Origin: a virus
Direction: 5' to 3' (one strand)
DNA: 64,000 nucleotides
Virus record (IMG/VR): IMGVR_UViG_3300013125_000002
Under the pieces are notes generated by a model. The model saw only the letters and a list, made by a program, of their open reading frames with translations. It did no database searches and was not told the DNA's origin. Each line of letters begins with the position of its first letter. Positions within the stretch are counted from its first letter, which is position 1. Positions 19,585 to 29,312 of the stretch are shown here, piece after piece. The translations under genes were made by a program, and so were the position numbers.

Positions 19585-19806
19585 TCAGGCATCCTCTTCC
19601 AGTACTGCTACATATCGACGCAGCTCTTCGATCAATACAGCATCCGTGTACTCTGTCTTGTGATCTTCGAGAACATTCATGATGCCCTGACGAAGGAAAA
19701 CAACACGTTCTTCAGCACGCTCCGCCCGACACAGATGCTTGAACCGTTCGAATCTCCGTTTTCGACCCCGCTCAGCCTTTCGTGCCATTGTCATGGTCAG
19801 TGTCAC
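19585..19806 (-). CDS. hypothetical protein
   Basis: ORF in operon. Confidence 0.55.
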   Translation of the reverse strand: MTLTMTMARKAERGRKRRFERFKHLCRAERAEERVVFLRQGIMNVLEDHKTEYTDAVLIEELRRYVAVLEEDA

Positions 19807-20143
19807 GTCCTTCCATGATGGCCAGGGCTACCTGCATCGCTTCCTGGCGACCCCGTTCAAACTCCGAAGCGTAAAAGTTGTAGGGGTGGCTGCGTAGCTC
19901 TGCCAGCCGCTTCTCCCAGCGATTGGCCTCTTCATTCCCACCGATGGACCGGTTGGCAGCCGCTACCTCAGCTACCATTACTTTCGACTTGGCTACGATA
20001 TCATCACACAATTCAGCCAGTAGCACCTGTGCAGTGGCCATGGCTTCAGCATGACCCTGTGCCCAACCATCATCTTTGCCGTCCTCAAGCCCTCGTTCGT
20101 AACTCTCACGAGCGTAGAAGCTCACATTATCGTCGAATGGCAT
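19772..20143 (-). CDS. hypothetical protein
   Basis: ORF with GGAG SD. Confidence 0.6.
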   Translation of the reverse strand: MPFDDNVSFYARESYERGLEDGKDDGWAQGHAEAMATAQVLLAELCDDIVAKSKVMVAEVAAANRSIGGNEEANRWEKRLAELRSHPYNFYASEFERGRQEAMQVALAIMEGRDTDHDNGTKG

Positions 20144-20311
20144 CTGATCTCCACTGCAGATGGCGTCTGAAACACCACCTAATGGTCTTCACTCCAGGTT
20201 GTGCTTCACGGTAGTCCAAGATGACCACCCGCTCTCCACGGTCCTTACTCACCCTGCGAGTGATCCTATACCAGAACCGCCGTGCCCGTAGCCGCTTCCT
20301 TCGACGAGGTG

Positions 20312-22135
20312 TCATTGAGCAGAACCAAAGACTTCGGGGCACTCAATGACCAGAAGGTCCCGAATGAGCCCTGCGACCTCACGCATCTGTGGATGAGCTT
20401 TCGGCGAAGTCCGCAACTTGATGAAGTGCAGCCACTCGCGGAAGTTGGCAGTGACCACGAACTCCGTCTTGAGGCAAGTCGGAAGCACAGAGCGAGCTAT
20501 CTCAGGCTTGCAGCCGTGTTCGATCATGTTCAGATAACAACGCTCGGCAGTCTCAACAGAGAGTCGCCACTGGTCTCGGTTGAATCCAGTGCCCATCTCA
20601 GCCAGACCTGGCGGTTCGATGACAGTGATCTCCCCACCAAACTTGGCTTTGGAGTAGTTGCAGTACCGCGAACTCTCCTGAGAGTAGCTTGCTAGCCGAT
20701 GTCGAACGAACTCGTGTGAATTACCAGACCAGCATGGCCGCCCATTCCTCCTCACATACAGCAGGTGATTTGGCACTGTCACACAGTATACGTTGCCGTG
20801 ATATTCCTCCCATCGTTCGTGCGGCTCTCCGTGGAACATCTTTTCGCCGTGATTGACTAGTGGAGTATTTCTACCTGTCACGTAGGAGATCACGTGACAA
20901 GGATGTCTATGAGTCAATCCAGACAAGCCACCAAGTTTCCCAACACGATCATCTATCCATGTCGTGGCGGATATCCCAGCATACAAGGCCGCCTCCTGAA
21001 GGTCGTCAGCCAACCCCGGCGAGATCGTGTACGCCTGCATGTGCCCAGTCTTGCTGTGTACTGAGCCATCACCCACAACATGACATAGAAGAAGTTGCAG
21101 AAGATCAGCCCCTGAGAAGTTTTGGAGAACTGACCTTGGAATACGCTTGTTTATTGCACCATGATATGGGAGCAAATAGTGGTAGAGAGCTACGTCACAG
21201 ATCGAAATCTGTTTGTTGATTTCGGATCCATTGTTGGCAATCGCTGGCTCGTAGCCCATTTCTCGCAAGACGACAAGCATATCTTGCAGGGCAGGTCCCA
21301 CATTTTGATACAGCTGGATCTGATAGGAGGAGCCCGCTGTGTGCTCTAGCCCTCCCTCAGCAAGCCAGTAGCCAAGAAACTTGGCAAACAGACCGGTGGG
21401 AAAGGTACGGCCGCGTCGTGTATGAGGACTAATCGTGCCATGCCTATTCCCCTGCTCAGTTATGAAGTCATCAATCGTGATCTGGTTCCAACCACCTGAC
21501 CTCCGCAAAGCATCACGTTTGTAGCTGACTCGTTTCCCTGCGATCTTCTCAGCAGACAGCAACTGCCAACCTTCCTCACCACGTCGAGCCGCTTGCGTAT
21601 CGTGCTTCTGGACGTACATGCTGTGCTCTGGCGTCACGAGCAAGTTGATCAGGCTAGTTCTGATATTGTACATCTCACCGTCGTACCGCTGCCTAATCAA
21701 TACAGACGCCGGTTGAAATTCTACTTGCCCGTGTGGCCCCAGTGTAGCAAACCGCTCATCACCACATACATCCGGCCAGGACCGCCACCCTTCAGACGTG
21801 AGGACATCAGTGTCATCAGAGTAGCAACAACCACGATCACAGATCACTCGGAAGCTGGCCACGGCATGCTCGACCACAGATTCGTGTCCGCGCTCGTGGA
21901 TCATCTTGACGAATGCCGTCGCACTGTCCTTTGTGATCTTGTCTTCACTCTTGTAGCAGGTTCTCCCTGCTCGCTCAAGAAACTGAGCAGCGTTGGGAGT
22001 GATGAACAGTAGCTCTACTGACTGCGGAACGATCTTCATTGTCGACTCCTCAGTACTTCCCACGTCGATAGTTGCCCAGCCGTAACCCAGACCAAAGACA
22101 ACTACCATGCAAAGGACAAAGGTTGTGCAAGTCAT
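20312..22135 (-). CDS. thyX: FAD-dependent thymidylate synthase containing an intein (alternative start at 22039, MKIVPQ)
   Basis: GRTCYKSE, GHESVVEH, SHEFVRHRLASYSQESSRY, PEIARSVLP, NFREWLHFIKLR. Confidence 0.95.
   Translation of the reverse strand: MTCTTFVLCMVVVFGLGYGWATIDVGSTEESTMKIVPQSVELLFITPNAAQFLERAGRTCYKSEDKITKDSATAFVKMIHERGHESVVEHAVASFRVICDRGCCYSDDTDVLTSEGWRSWPDVCGDERFATLGPHGQVEFQPASVLIRQRYDGEMYNIRTSLINLLVTPEHSMYVQKHDTQAARRGEEGWQLLSAEKIAGKRVSYKRDALRRSGGWNQITIDDFITEQGNRHGTISPHTRRGRTFPTGLFAKFLGYWLAEGGLEHTAGSSYQIQLYQNVGPALQDMLVVLREMGYEPAIANNGSEINKQISICDVALYHYLLPYHGAINKRIPRSVLQNFSGADLLQLLLCHVVGDGSVHSKTGHMQAYTISPGLADDLQEAALYAGISATTWIDDRVGKLGGLSGLTHRHPCHVISYVTGRNTPLVNHGEKMFHGEPHERWEEYHGNVYCVTVPNHLLYVRRNGRPCWSGNSHEFVRHRLASYSQESSRYCNYSKAKFGGEITVIEPPGLAEMGTGFNRDQWRLSVETAERCYLNMIEHGCKPEIARSVLPTCLKTEFVVTANFREWLHFIKLRTSPKAHPQMREVAGLIRDLLVIECPEVFGSAQ
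20720..21826 (-). mobile_element. 369-aa intein with LAGLIDADG endonuclease in thyX
   Basis: Begins CYSDDTDVLT; block B VTPEH; FLGYWLAEGG and HVVGDGS; ends WSGN followed by Ser; removal restores DRGC-SHEFVRHR. Confidence 0.95.
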
Positions 22136-22138
22136 GGC

Positions 22139-22336
22139 TCAGATCAATCCATTCGACTCAGCCCACCACTTCTTCACGGCCAGGAGACCTTGGCTGTTGT
22201 CTTCATCATCGTAGACTTCCGAGTCATCATGGATGACCGACTTTGGTACCCAGATGTCCTCCCCATCGATCTCACACAGGAGGGCCTTCTCGGTTGCCCG
22301 CTTTGCTACTACATCGTGAAACTCTGCCTTTGCCAT
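22139..22336 (-). CDS. small phage protein of unknown function
   Basis: TEKALLCEIDGEDIWVPKSVI; GAGGAG SD. Confidence 0.7.
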   Translation of the reverse strand: MAKAEFHDVVAKRATEKALLCEIDGEDIWVPKSVIHDDSEVYDDEDNSQGLLAVKKWWAESNGLI

Positions 22337-22343
22337 GGTCTCC

Positions 22344-24251
22344 TCAGAAGATGAACTTCGTCTGGCCGTTTTCCTTCACGACCTGGATGGTCTTGTTGAA
22401 GAATGACTTCAAATGGTCCTCGTGAGTGATGACAAAGATCGACCCACTTGTGGCCACCATACTGCTGAGAAGCTGCATCACACTTTCGACCCCAGGCTCA
22501 TCCAGCCCCTCGAATGGCTCATCAAACCATCGCTGAGGTAACGACTTCCGAGACCTGGCTGACACAAGATCAGATATGGTGAAGTTGATCGAAAGGTCTG
22601 CACGTCTTCTCTCCCCACCACTGTTGCCCGCGTAGTTCTCAGCTCCGGCTTTGTTCTGCACCGAAACGTTGAATTGCTCTCTTGTCTCACCGCTCTTCAG
22701 AGTCGTTTGGGTTTGGAACTTGATCTCAAGATCGCCTTCCGTCAGTGCTTCACTGTACTCCGCGACCTTTCGATTCATGTACGGGACCACGTTACCAAGA
22801 ACGAAGCTCTTGAGTCCACGGTTACTAAAGCCCGACACCCAGAACTCGAGGTACTGCTTCTCGAGACTGACAGCACGGATCTTGGGAACCAGTGGAATGA
22901 GTTTCGCCTGAGCCTGGTGGTGCTGTTCCTCAGCCTCTTCGATCAGCTCAAGGAACCCAGAGGTCTTGGCCTTCACTCGTTCGATGTCTTGTTCGAGGTC
23001 GTGACGGTCACTCTCGTAACCATCAATGACACTTTGCTGGCTCTTGGCTTGAGCCAACTCTGACTCAAGCTGGTGCTTTTGCTCCTGAGCCTGCTCCAGG
23101 AGCTTCCTGCCATCCTCCAGAGACTCCTCACGTGACTTCTCACCCTGTTCAGCAAGCTCTGTAGCCTCCCGAAGAGCTTCTGTAAGGCGGGGAAGCGCCA
23201 TACCCGTCTGATCAGCCTCAGCCTGTAGAGCGTCGATAACAGACGCCTGGCTTTCGGCTGTCACTTCCTGACCACAAGTAGGACAAGTTCCAATCCTCCC
23301 CAGAGCCTTCAGCCGTTCCTTATCCAGGCGTTCTAGCTCGCGTATGACTGCCATGCGATCAATAATCGCCTGATTCTTGTAAACCGAGAGCTTCCTCAGC
23401 TCAAGTTGACTTGTGGTTGTGTACTTCTGGTAGATATCCGTCATCCCCTCGAGCTTACTGCAAGCAGCTACGAGGTCTTTCTCAACCTGCTTCACGTCAC
23501 GCTGAGCTGCCTTGAGCTGACTGAGTTTCTGATCAAGCACTTGCAGTTTGGATTCTAGAACCCTTACTTCCTCTTGTTTCGCGGAATCAAACTGTTGATG
23601 CAGCTGGTTGTACCGAGATACTTCACCTTCGGCCCAAGCAATCTTCTGCTCCAGAGCCTCGCGAACCCCAAGCCAACCATTGAGTTCAAGAGTGAGCGCA
23701 GCGACCCGCTTCTTCACGTTGTCATGAGCTTTTGCGATGGTGGCAACCTGCACCGCTCGCTCAAGCACATTCTTGATCTCAGAGTCTGTCATCTCACTGA
23801 AGCGCTTGAAGCTCCCCTGTGGGAGCATCGGCCCCTGGATGAAAGTCTCGAAATCAATGCCAAGAATCTTGTGGATCTCAGCCTGCGTGTCAGCTGTAGT
23901 TGCCTTCGTGAGATCAGCAAGAGGAGTGCCAATATCATCTACCAAATGAAGCTCGAGCCGATTCTTGTACTGACTGTGCTTGCGATAGCGAGCCACACGA
24001 TAGTGGGCATTATTCTCCGAGACGTACCCCACAACGTGGCAGTTCTTGCCAACGGAGCGGTTCACTACCTCATCTGCTGTGTAGCCTCGGACAGTCTGCC
24101 CAAAGTAGCACCAGCAGATCGCTTCATAGATAGTGGACTTGCCATGACCATTCTCACCTGTGACCAGAACTAGGCCCTGGTTAGCAAGCGGAATGATCTG
24201 ACGATCACCAACTCGGAAGAAGTTCTCGATCTCTATCTGTTCGAAGATCAT
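22344..24251 (-). CDS. sbcC: SbcC/Rad50 (gp46-like) ATPase
   Basis: GENGHGKS Walker A, CPTCGQ zinc hook, SGGERRR signature, FDEPF, ITH. Confidence 0.95.
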   Translation of the reverse strand: MIFEQIEIENFFRVGDRQIIPLANQGLVLVTGENGHGKSTIYEAICWCYFGQTVRGYTADEVVNRSVGKNCHVVGYVSENNAHYRVARYRKHSQYKNRLELHLVDDIGTPLADLTKATTADTQAEIHKILGIDFETFIQGPMLPQGSFKRFSEMTDSEIKNVLERAVQVATIAKAHDNVKKRVAALTLELNGWLGVREALEQKIAWAEGEVSRYNQLHQQFDSAKQEEVRVLESKLQVLDQKLSQLKAAQRDVKQVEKDLVAACSKLEGMTDIYQKYTTTSQLELRKLSVYKNQAIIDRMAVIRELERLDKERLKALGRIGTCPTCGQEVTAESQASVIDALQAEADQTGMALPRLTEALREATELAEQGEKSREESLEDGRKLLEQAQEQKHQLESELAQAKSQQSVIDGYESDRHDLEQDIERVKAKTSGFLELIEEAEEQHHQAQAKLIPLVPKIRAVSLEKQYLEFWVSGFSNRGLKSFVLGNVVPYMNRKVAEYSEALTEGDLEIKFQTQTTLKSGETREQFNVSVQNKAGAENYAGNSGGERRRADLSINFTISDLVSARSRKSLPQRWFDEPFEGLDEPGVESVMQLLSSMVATSGSIFVITHEDHLKSFFNKTIQVVKENGQTKFIF

Positions 24252-24835
24252 GGCCGGCGCTGAGCAAAGGCAAGAAGGTCTTGAAGCTGTGTCTTGAGGT
24301 GCTCCATGGTACCGTTGTTGTCGAGAACGTAGTCCCAGTCCTTGTAGTCCTCGAGATCTACCTCTGACCGGTGAGTATCCATCACAGGGTCAAATGGAAG
24401 GTTGCGCTCGCACTTGACGACCAACCCACCAAGGTTGTGGATCGCCACTGCCTCGTTCTTGAAACGAAGGTCTGTCACCAACAGACTCACGTTCGACTCA
24501 GCCTGGTAGCGACGAGCCAGAGACTTGACCCAAACATCAGGATCAATGTGAGTCCGAAACAGCTCCGTTCCTACCTGCTGGAGAGCCCATCTCGGCGTGA
24601 AACCCCAGAACGCATCAGGAGTGCCCTTCAGGTCACCATTGACCTGCTCCTCGTTGAACCCGAACACGACCTTGCAGATCTCCTTGAGTGGAGCTGCAAA
24701 CGCATCGAGCCTCACTGGCAGACACTGGATCTGGAGAAAGTACTTCATCCACTCAGCAGCGGTATTCTTCCCCCGCATTCTCCGGTGACCAAACGCGATC
24801 AGGATCTTTTTCATCTCATCCCTCGAGAGCAACAA
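24248..24835 (-). CDS. deoxynucleoside monophosphate kinase
   Basis: GHRRMRGKNT, FAAPLKE, TPRWALQQVGTE, TDLRFKNE, HRSE. Confidence 0.9.
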   Translation of the reverse strand: MLLSRDEMKKILIAFGHRRMRGKNTAAEWMKYFLQIQCLPVRLDAFAAPLKEICKVVFGFNEEQVNGDLKGTPDAFWGFTPRWALQQVGTELFRTHIDPDVWVKSLARRYQAESNVSLLVTDLRFKNEAVAIHNLGGLVVKCERNLPFDPVMDTHRSEVDLEDYKDWDYVLDNNGTMEHLKTQLQDLLAFAQRRP

Positions 24836-25922
24836 CTTCGTTGTACCAGTGCATCCCCACTTCGATCAAGTACTCAGGATCAAGATCTTGAATGTCCTGA
24901 GTCTCGACAAATTCAGTGATCATGTTCTCCATGTCCATGCCTGCCTGGAAGACCCCACCAGACTGTGAAAGTTGTTGCACCCCTTCCTCGACAAACTCCA
25001 CAGCTCGGACACCCTGCTGGAGCATCTCTGTCTTGATTTGATCTTCATCAGAAGGTCTCTCACCCGCCGGCCAGACCACACGCACGAAGTGACCCTTCAA
25101 CCCTCCAGCCGTTAATGCAGCAGGCAGTCCAACAGAACCAATCTTGATGAACTGAGGGCTCGACAGGGGATGGAACTCAACTGTTCGCGAGTCCGTATCC
25201 CAGATAAAACATCCCCGGTCCTGCCCAGCATCCCCCCAGTTGTGTTGCATTGCAGCCCCCACATAGCGAACGTTGGGGGCAAGCTGCTGGGGCTCATGGT
25301 AGTGCCCCAAAAACACCTGGTCGAACTCCTCTGGGAAGAGATCAGATACCTCCAGCAGCTCCTTGTCCGTGAGAACAAAGTTGGACCCTGCGAGGGCTCC
25401 ACTTACTCCAATGTGGCCCAATAGAACCCGAGGTCCACGCTCTAGGGGTGCATTACCTTTCGACAGAGCTTTTTTGATCCCATCGACAAGAACATGCCGC
25501 TCAGCACGATAGGGTACCGCCAAGACCAACAAGTACCCATGCCCATTCTTCACTGGGAACCGGTACCAGCCAATCTCATCCATGACGGTTGTCATGGACT
25601 TAAACGTATGGATGCTGTGGATAGACCCGCCACGATCCACCTGGTCGTGATTGCCAACCAGAAGACCTAGCGGCTTTCCGATCTTGAGAGTTGCCATCAT
25701 CTCAAAGACCAAGTTGAAGGACTGGACGTTGATGATCCTTCGCACATGAAACAGGTCACCACCGAACAGGATTGCATCCACTCTCTCCTGTTCGGTGATG
25801 ACCTTGATCTCTTTCAGTACGTTAAGCGAGTCCATGAGCCTGGAGTTGACCCCAGACGGAAGCATTTCGGAGTAGTGCTTGAAGGTGTGTGCGTGAAGAT
25901 CAGAGAAGACCAGGACTCTCAC
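24816..25922 (-). CDS. sbcD: SbcD/Mre11 (gp47-like) nuclease
   Basis: SDLH, GGDLFH, GNHD, LGHYH. Confidence 0.95.
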   Translation of the reverse strand: MRVLVFSDLHAHTFKHYSEMLPSGVNSRLMDSLNVLKEIKVITEQERVDAILFGGDLFHVRRIINVQSFNLVFEMMATLKIGKPLGLLVGNHDQVDRGGSIHSIHTFKSMTTVMDEIGWYRFPVKNGHGYLLVLAVPYRAERHVLVDGIKKALSKGNAPLERGPRVLLGHIGVSGALAGSNFVLTDKELLEVSDLFPEEFDQVFLGHYHEPQQLAPNVRYVGAAMQHNWGDAGQDRGCFIWDTDSRTVEFHPLSSPQFIKIGSVGLPAALTAGGLKGHFVRVVWPAGERPSDEDQIKTEMLQQGVRAVEFVEEGVQQLSQSGGVFQAGMDMENMITEFVETQDIQDLDPEYLIEVGMHWYNEVVALEG

Positions 25923-25939
25923 AGGCTCGCTCCGTTCAG

Positions 25940-27094
25940 CTACTTGACCACCATCTTCGAGTAGTAGTTCTTGACCACCTCAGAAACCAACTCCGGGTAC
26001 TCTGGATGGGTCATCACCTTCTCTCTGAACCCTCGCCAGCCCTGGAACTTGATCTCCGTCTTTCCAGTCTTCCAGGTCTTCCAGGTCGTGCCCGCGATGA
26101 TCCCTTGCTTCTGCCCCTGCTCGAAGACTGAGTAATCCAAACTGAACCCAAAGCCACCGATGCACGGGACCTCTACCGTCCTCAAGATCGGAGCCATCTT
26201 GTTCTTGAGGATCTTCACCTTGATCTTATGGCCGATGGTGGTCTTCTCTTCGTCCGTACCTTCACTGATCGCTCCGATGCTCTGAAGACGAATACGAAGA
26301 GTGGCGAAGAACTTCATCTTCTCCCCACCATAGGTTTCCCACGGATCACCATACTTCACATCCATCTTGCGATAGAGATGGTTGGTGATCACAAAGGCGA
26401 TGCGCTGCTTGCTGATCTTGTTGACGACCCTCTGCAGGTTCTGCCCAACTACCTTGGCAGCTTCTGCATAGAACTTGTCATCTGCTGCAGCTGCCTCCTG
26501 AGCCTTGGTAGGAGTACCTCCGAGGGAATCCCAGCCAAGGCAGATGAGCCGCTCATCCCCAGCATCACGAATGACCTCAATCAGAGCCTCATCCTTCTCG
26601 AATACTTCCTCGATGGTAGCTGCCGGAACAATGATGAGACGTTCGAGATCGACTCCCAGCTGCTCCCAGTAGGCAAGGTCCAACGCCTGCTCGGTGTCTG
26701 AGACAGCCGCGATGCCGCCTGTTGCCTGAGTCTCAGCCACGATCATACCAAGCAATGTGGTCTTGCCGGTACTGTTGAGCCCACTGATCTCCGTCATCCT
26801 CCCGAAAGGAACAAGCGGACGGGGCATAGGCAAGCCACCAGCGATGGCAGAGTCGATCAGGAAGTTGCGGGTCGAGACCGAGTGCTCAACCTTGCAGAGG
26901 ATGGTTCCGGAATTGGGGATGAATGCGGACTCCTTGCCGAACTTCTTCTCCATCTTGTGGACGACATCGGCGATGAAGTCAGCATCTCTGGCACGCTCTG
27001 GATCAACCTGTGGTTCTTCCTGCTCGGCCACCTCTTCTACCTCGACCTCAGACTCTTCTTCCAAAGAAGCTCGCTTGACTGCCTGCCTTGCCAT
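25940..27094 (-). CDS. recA: RecA/UvsX recombinase
   Basis: GLNSTGKTT, DTEQALD, WDS, GGEKMKFFATLRI, KNK. Confidence 0.95.
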   Translation of the reverse strand: MARQAVKRASLEEESEVEVEEVAEQEEPQVDPERARDADFIADVVHKMEKKFGKESAFIPNSGTILCKVEHSVSTRNFLIDSAIAGGLPMPRPLVPFGRMTEISGLNSTGKTTLLGMIVAETQATGGIAAVSDTEQALDLAYWEQLGVDLERLIIVPAATIEEVFEKDEALIEVIRDAGDERLICLGWDSLGGTPTKAQEAAAADDKFYAEAAKVVGQNLQRVVNKISKQRIAFVITNHLYRKMDVKYGDPWETYGGEKMKFFATLRIRLQSIGAISEGTDEEKTTIGHKIKVKILKNKMAPILRTVEVPCIGGFGFSLDYSVFEQGQKQGIIAGTTWKTWKTGKTEIKFQGWRGFREKVMTHPEYPELVSEVVKNYYSKMVVK

Positions 27095-27107
27095 TCCGAT
27101 CTCCTAA

Positions 27108-27168
27108 ACAAAAAGGGTAGTCTAGCGAGTTGGCACTACAGCTAGCCACATCTCGCTAGACTACCCTC
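27108..27168 (-). terminator. intrinsic terminator between ssb and recA
   Basis: GGGTAGTCTAGCGAG...CTCGCTAGACTACCC stem followed by a T-tract on the minus strand. Confidence 0.75.
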
Positions 27169-27185
27169 GCGGTGCTGAAGGTGAA

Positions 27186-28364
27186 CTACTTCTGACCGAC
27201 GGCTGCCCTCATCTGGGCAACCAAATCTTCGGCTCCTCCGACTGCCTTCCCGGTAGCAGGAGACGCCTTGGCCGCAGGCTTCGCAGCGGGCTTTGCAGCT
27301 GCTGCCTGACGCTTGGGCTTGGGGGGCTCATCCTCGATGCCGCAGGCCTTCTTGCACTCCGCGAAGAGCTGGCAGTCGGCGTTGCAGACAGAGTCCTTGG
27401 GGTCACACTCCTTGCCGTAGCAAGGCGGGTACTCGAGCTGCTCTGCGCCCTCCAGCTCCGCCTCGAGCTGCTGCTCATCCTCCTGCTGCCCCTCCTCCTG
27501 ACCCTCACCAGCAGCCTCCTGTGGCTCCTCAGCGGCCTGCTCCTCTCCACCCTCCTGGGACTCCTCAGCCTGCTGCTCGGCCTCTTCCGTGCCTGCCTCG
27601 AGCTGCTTGGCCTCCTCCGGGTCCACACCCTCCATGAGAGCCCTCATCTCCGAGGGCTCCTTGAACGCCATCAGCTGGTCGAGATCGAAGAGGGTTGGCT
27701 CGGTCTTGACCGGGGCCTTGCTCTGCTTCGGGTTGAGGATGACACGGTAGTCCGTCTGGAGCCCAGTCCCCTCACGGGTGATGATCACATCGTAACCCGA
27801 CTCGAGGTCCGTGAAGTCGATCTCCTCGGTGTAGAAGTCGAGCAGCTGCTTCATGATCTTCGGACCGTAGCTGAAGACCTGAACCTTCGGGGCACCCACC
27901 TTCGGCAGGCTGTCCTTGTCAGCACCACCAGCCACCAGCTCCTCGATGTCCTCCTTCTTCCAGATCGGGTCATCGAGATCGATGATGTTCGAGTAGGCAC
28001 GCTGCTTGGCCCGCATCTGCTTGGCCAGCTCGACATCAGCTGGGTCACTCGACTTCTTGTGCTGCTCAGCCTCTTCACAGACCGGGCATGGGCCCTTGGG
28101 GCCATCCTGCGAGAGCTTGGGGCACGGCAAGTGAACCGTGTTCTCCTCATCGGGACCGACGTTCCAGTGGACATACAGCTCCCGCCAGAACTGGTAGCTG
28201 TTCGGCCCCTTGTCAGTCCAGGGGGGCATGATCCTGATGCGGTTCTTGCCCTGTTCCGGGGACCAGTACCGCCGCGACGGATTGCCGCGAGAGGCTGCCT
28301 TGGCAGCCTCAGCAGCTGCCTTCTTCTTCGCCTTACCCATATCTGTCTTGAAAGCCACGCTCAA
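27186..28364 (-). CDS. gp32-like single-stranded DNA-binding protein
   Basis: NRIRIMPP, CP..CPVC, VQVFSYGPKI, DFTDLESGYDVIITREG; acidic linker. Confidence 0.85.
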   Translation of the reverse strand: MSVAFKTDMGKAKKKAAAEAAKAASRGNPSRRYWSPEQGKNRIRIMPPWTDKGPNSYQFWRELYVHWNVGPDEENTVHLPCPKLSQDGPKGPCPVCEEAEQHKKSSDPADVELAKQMRAKQRAYSNIIDLDDPIWKKEDIEELVAGGADKDSLPKVGAPKVQVFSYGPKIMKQLLDFYTEEIDFTDLESGYDVIITREGTGLQTDYRVILNPKQSKAPVKTEPTLFDLDQLMAFKEPSEMRALMEGVDPEEAKQLEAGTEEAEQQAEESQEGGEEQAAEEPQEAAGEGQEEGQQEDEQQLEAELEGAEQLEYPPCYGKECDPKDSVCNADCQLFAECKKACGIEDEPPKPKRQAAAAKPAAKPAAKASPATGKAVGGAEDLVAQMRAAVGQK

Positions 28365-28936
28365 TCCTCCTGTGCAGCAGCCTTGACCGGCTGCCGTGTT
28401 GATGTAGCTGCCGTCCGCACTGGCTGTCTCGCGGGTGGCTGCTGCTTGTTCTCTGCTTTCGCCTTCGCTATCGCTGCCGCTTTCTGCTTTGCCATCTCCT
28501 GCAAGATCACTGGATCAGCGTTACCCTCAGCACGATAGTTCGCGCCAAGTGAGATCAGCATCTCCTTACGCTGAGTGAATGCTTCTCTACCGGCCTGAAG
28601 CACCCCATACTGCCGTTTGCTCTCCAGGTACTCCTTCATCTTGGCCTGGTACCGCTTGTCCGTGATCACCTCGTTCTCGACCATCTTCTCAGTGAGCTTG
28701 ACCTTGGCGACGAGTGCCTGACTTCGCTTTTCGTGGTCCAGCTGTGCGTAGAGGATGTCGAGATCGTACTTCTGCTTGGAGACCAAGTCCTTCGCCATCT
28801 CACTCAGGATTGCCCACCAAGCATACTTCCGAGACTGCTCCACGAACTCCGCATCAAGATCAGATGGATCGATCTTGATGTCGTCTTCCAGACTGGAAGA
28901 GTAGGAAATGCCATTGATCGTGACCTGAACATCCAA
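28361..28936 (-). CDS. UvsY-like recombination mediator
   Basis: Helical protein (KLTEKMVENEV...AFTQRKEMLISLGANYR) adjacent to SSB and RecA. Confidence 0.7.
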   Translation of the reverse strand: MDVQVTINGISYSSSLEDDIKIDPSDLDAEFVEQSRKYAWWAILSEMAKDLVSKQKYDLDILYAQLDHEKRSQALVAKVKLTEKMVENEVITDKRYQAKMKEYLESKRQYGVLQAGREAFTQRKEMLISLGANYRAEGNADPVILQEMAKQKAAAIAKAKAENKQQPPARQPVRTAATSTRQPVKAAAQED

Positions 28937-28949
28937 CCCTTAAAAGCTA

Positions 28950-29275
28950 TTCATGATCACTCCAAACCTGCCCGTCTCTCCGGGCCGTCACGCCGATTAG
29001 CGCCTGACGTTTGGCCACCCAGTTCGCATCCCGTTTATGGGGTCGGCTGAAACCAGGCTAAGGAGTCACTCCCCACAAGAGCCGGATGGGTCAAGGGACT
29101 CATCCGGCGGGCACTACAAGAGCTCTTCATCACAAAGTTTGATCATCTGGTGGCAAGAGCGTTTACAGCGCTCGAGTCCACCACAGGTAGGGTTTCTTTT
29201 TCAAGTTAGTTCACCTCTCAGCGTGTGGTGCTTCTTCAGGAACCGTCCGCCGGCCGGTCAGTACGGCCCCCAGCA
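28950..29275 (-). ncRNA. candidate structured leader/ncRNA
   Basis: No credible ORF; several hairpins; begins right after a phage promoter. Confidence 0.45.
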
Positions 29276-29278
29276 TCT

Positions 29279-29310
29279 CTATCATACGAACGAGCACCCC
29301 CGGCCAGACA
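29279..29310 (-). promoter_or_regulatory. putative phage-sigma promoter, copy 2
   Basis: TGTCT-15 nt-TTCGTATGATAG. Confidence 0.7.
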
Positions 29311-29312
29311 CC

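Noticed and set aside
27440-27620. Repetitive GAG/CAG-rich DNA in ssb (also in the cobT-like gene, about 39500-39730)
   Set aside because: Encodes ordinary acidic linkers
29250-29275. GGGGGCCGTACTG resembling a tmRNA 5' end
   Set aside because: No following TCGAC motif and no T-arm/CCA 3' end; it forms a local hairpin instead
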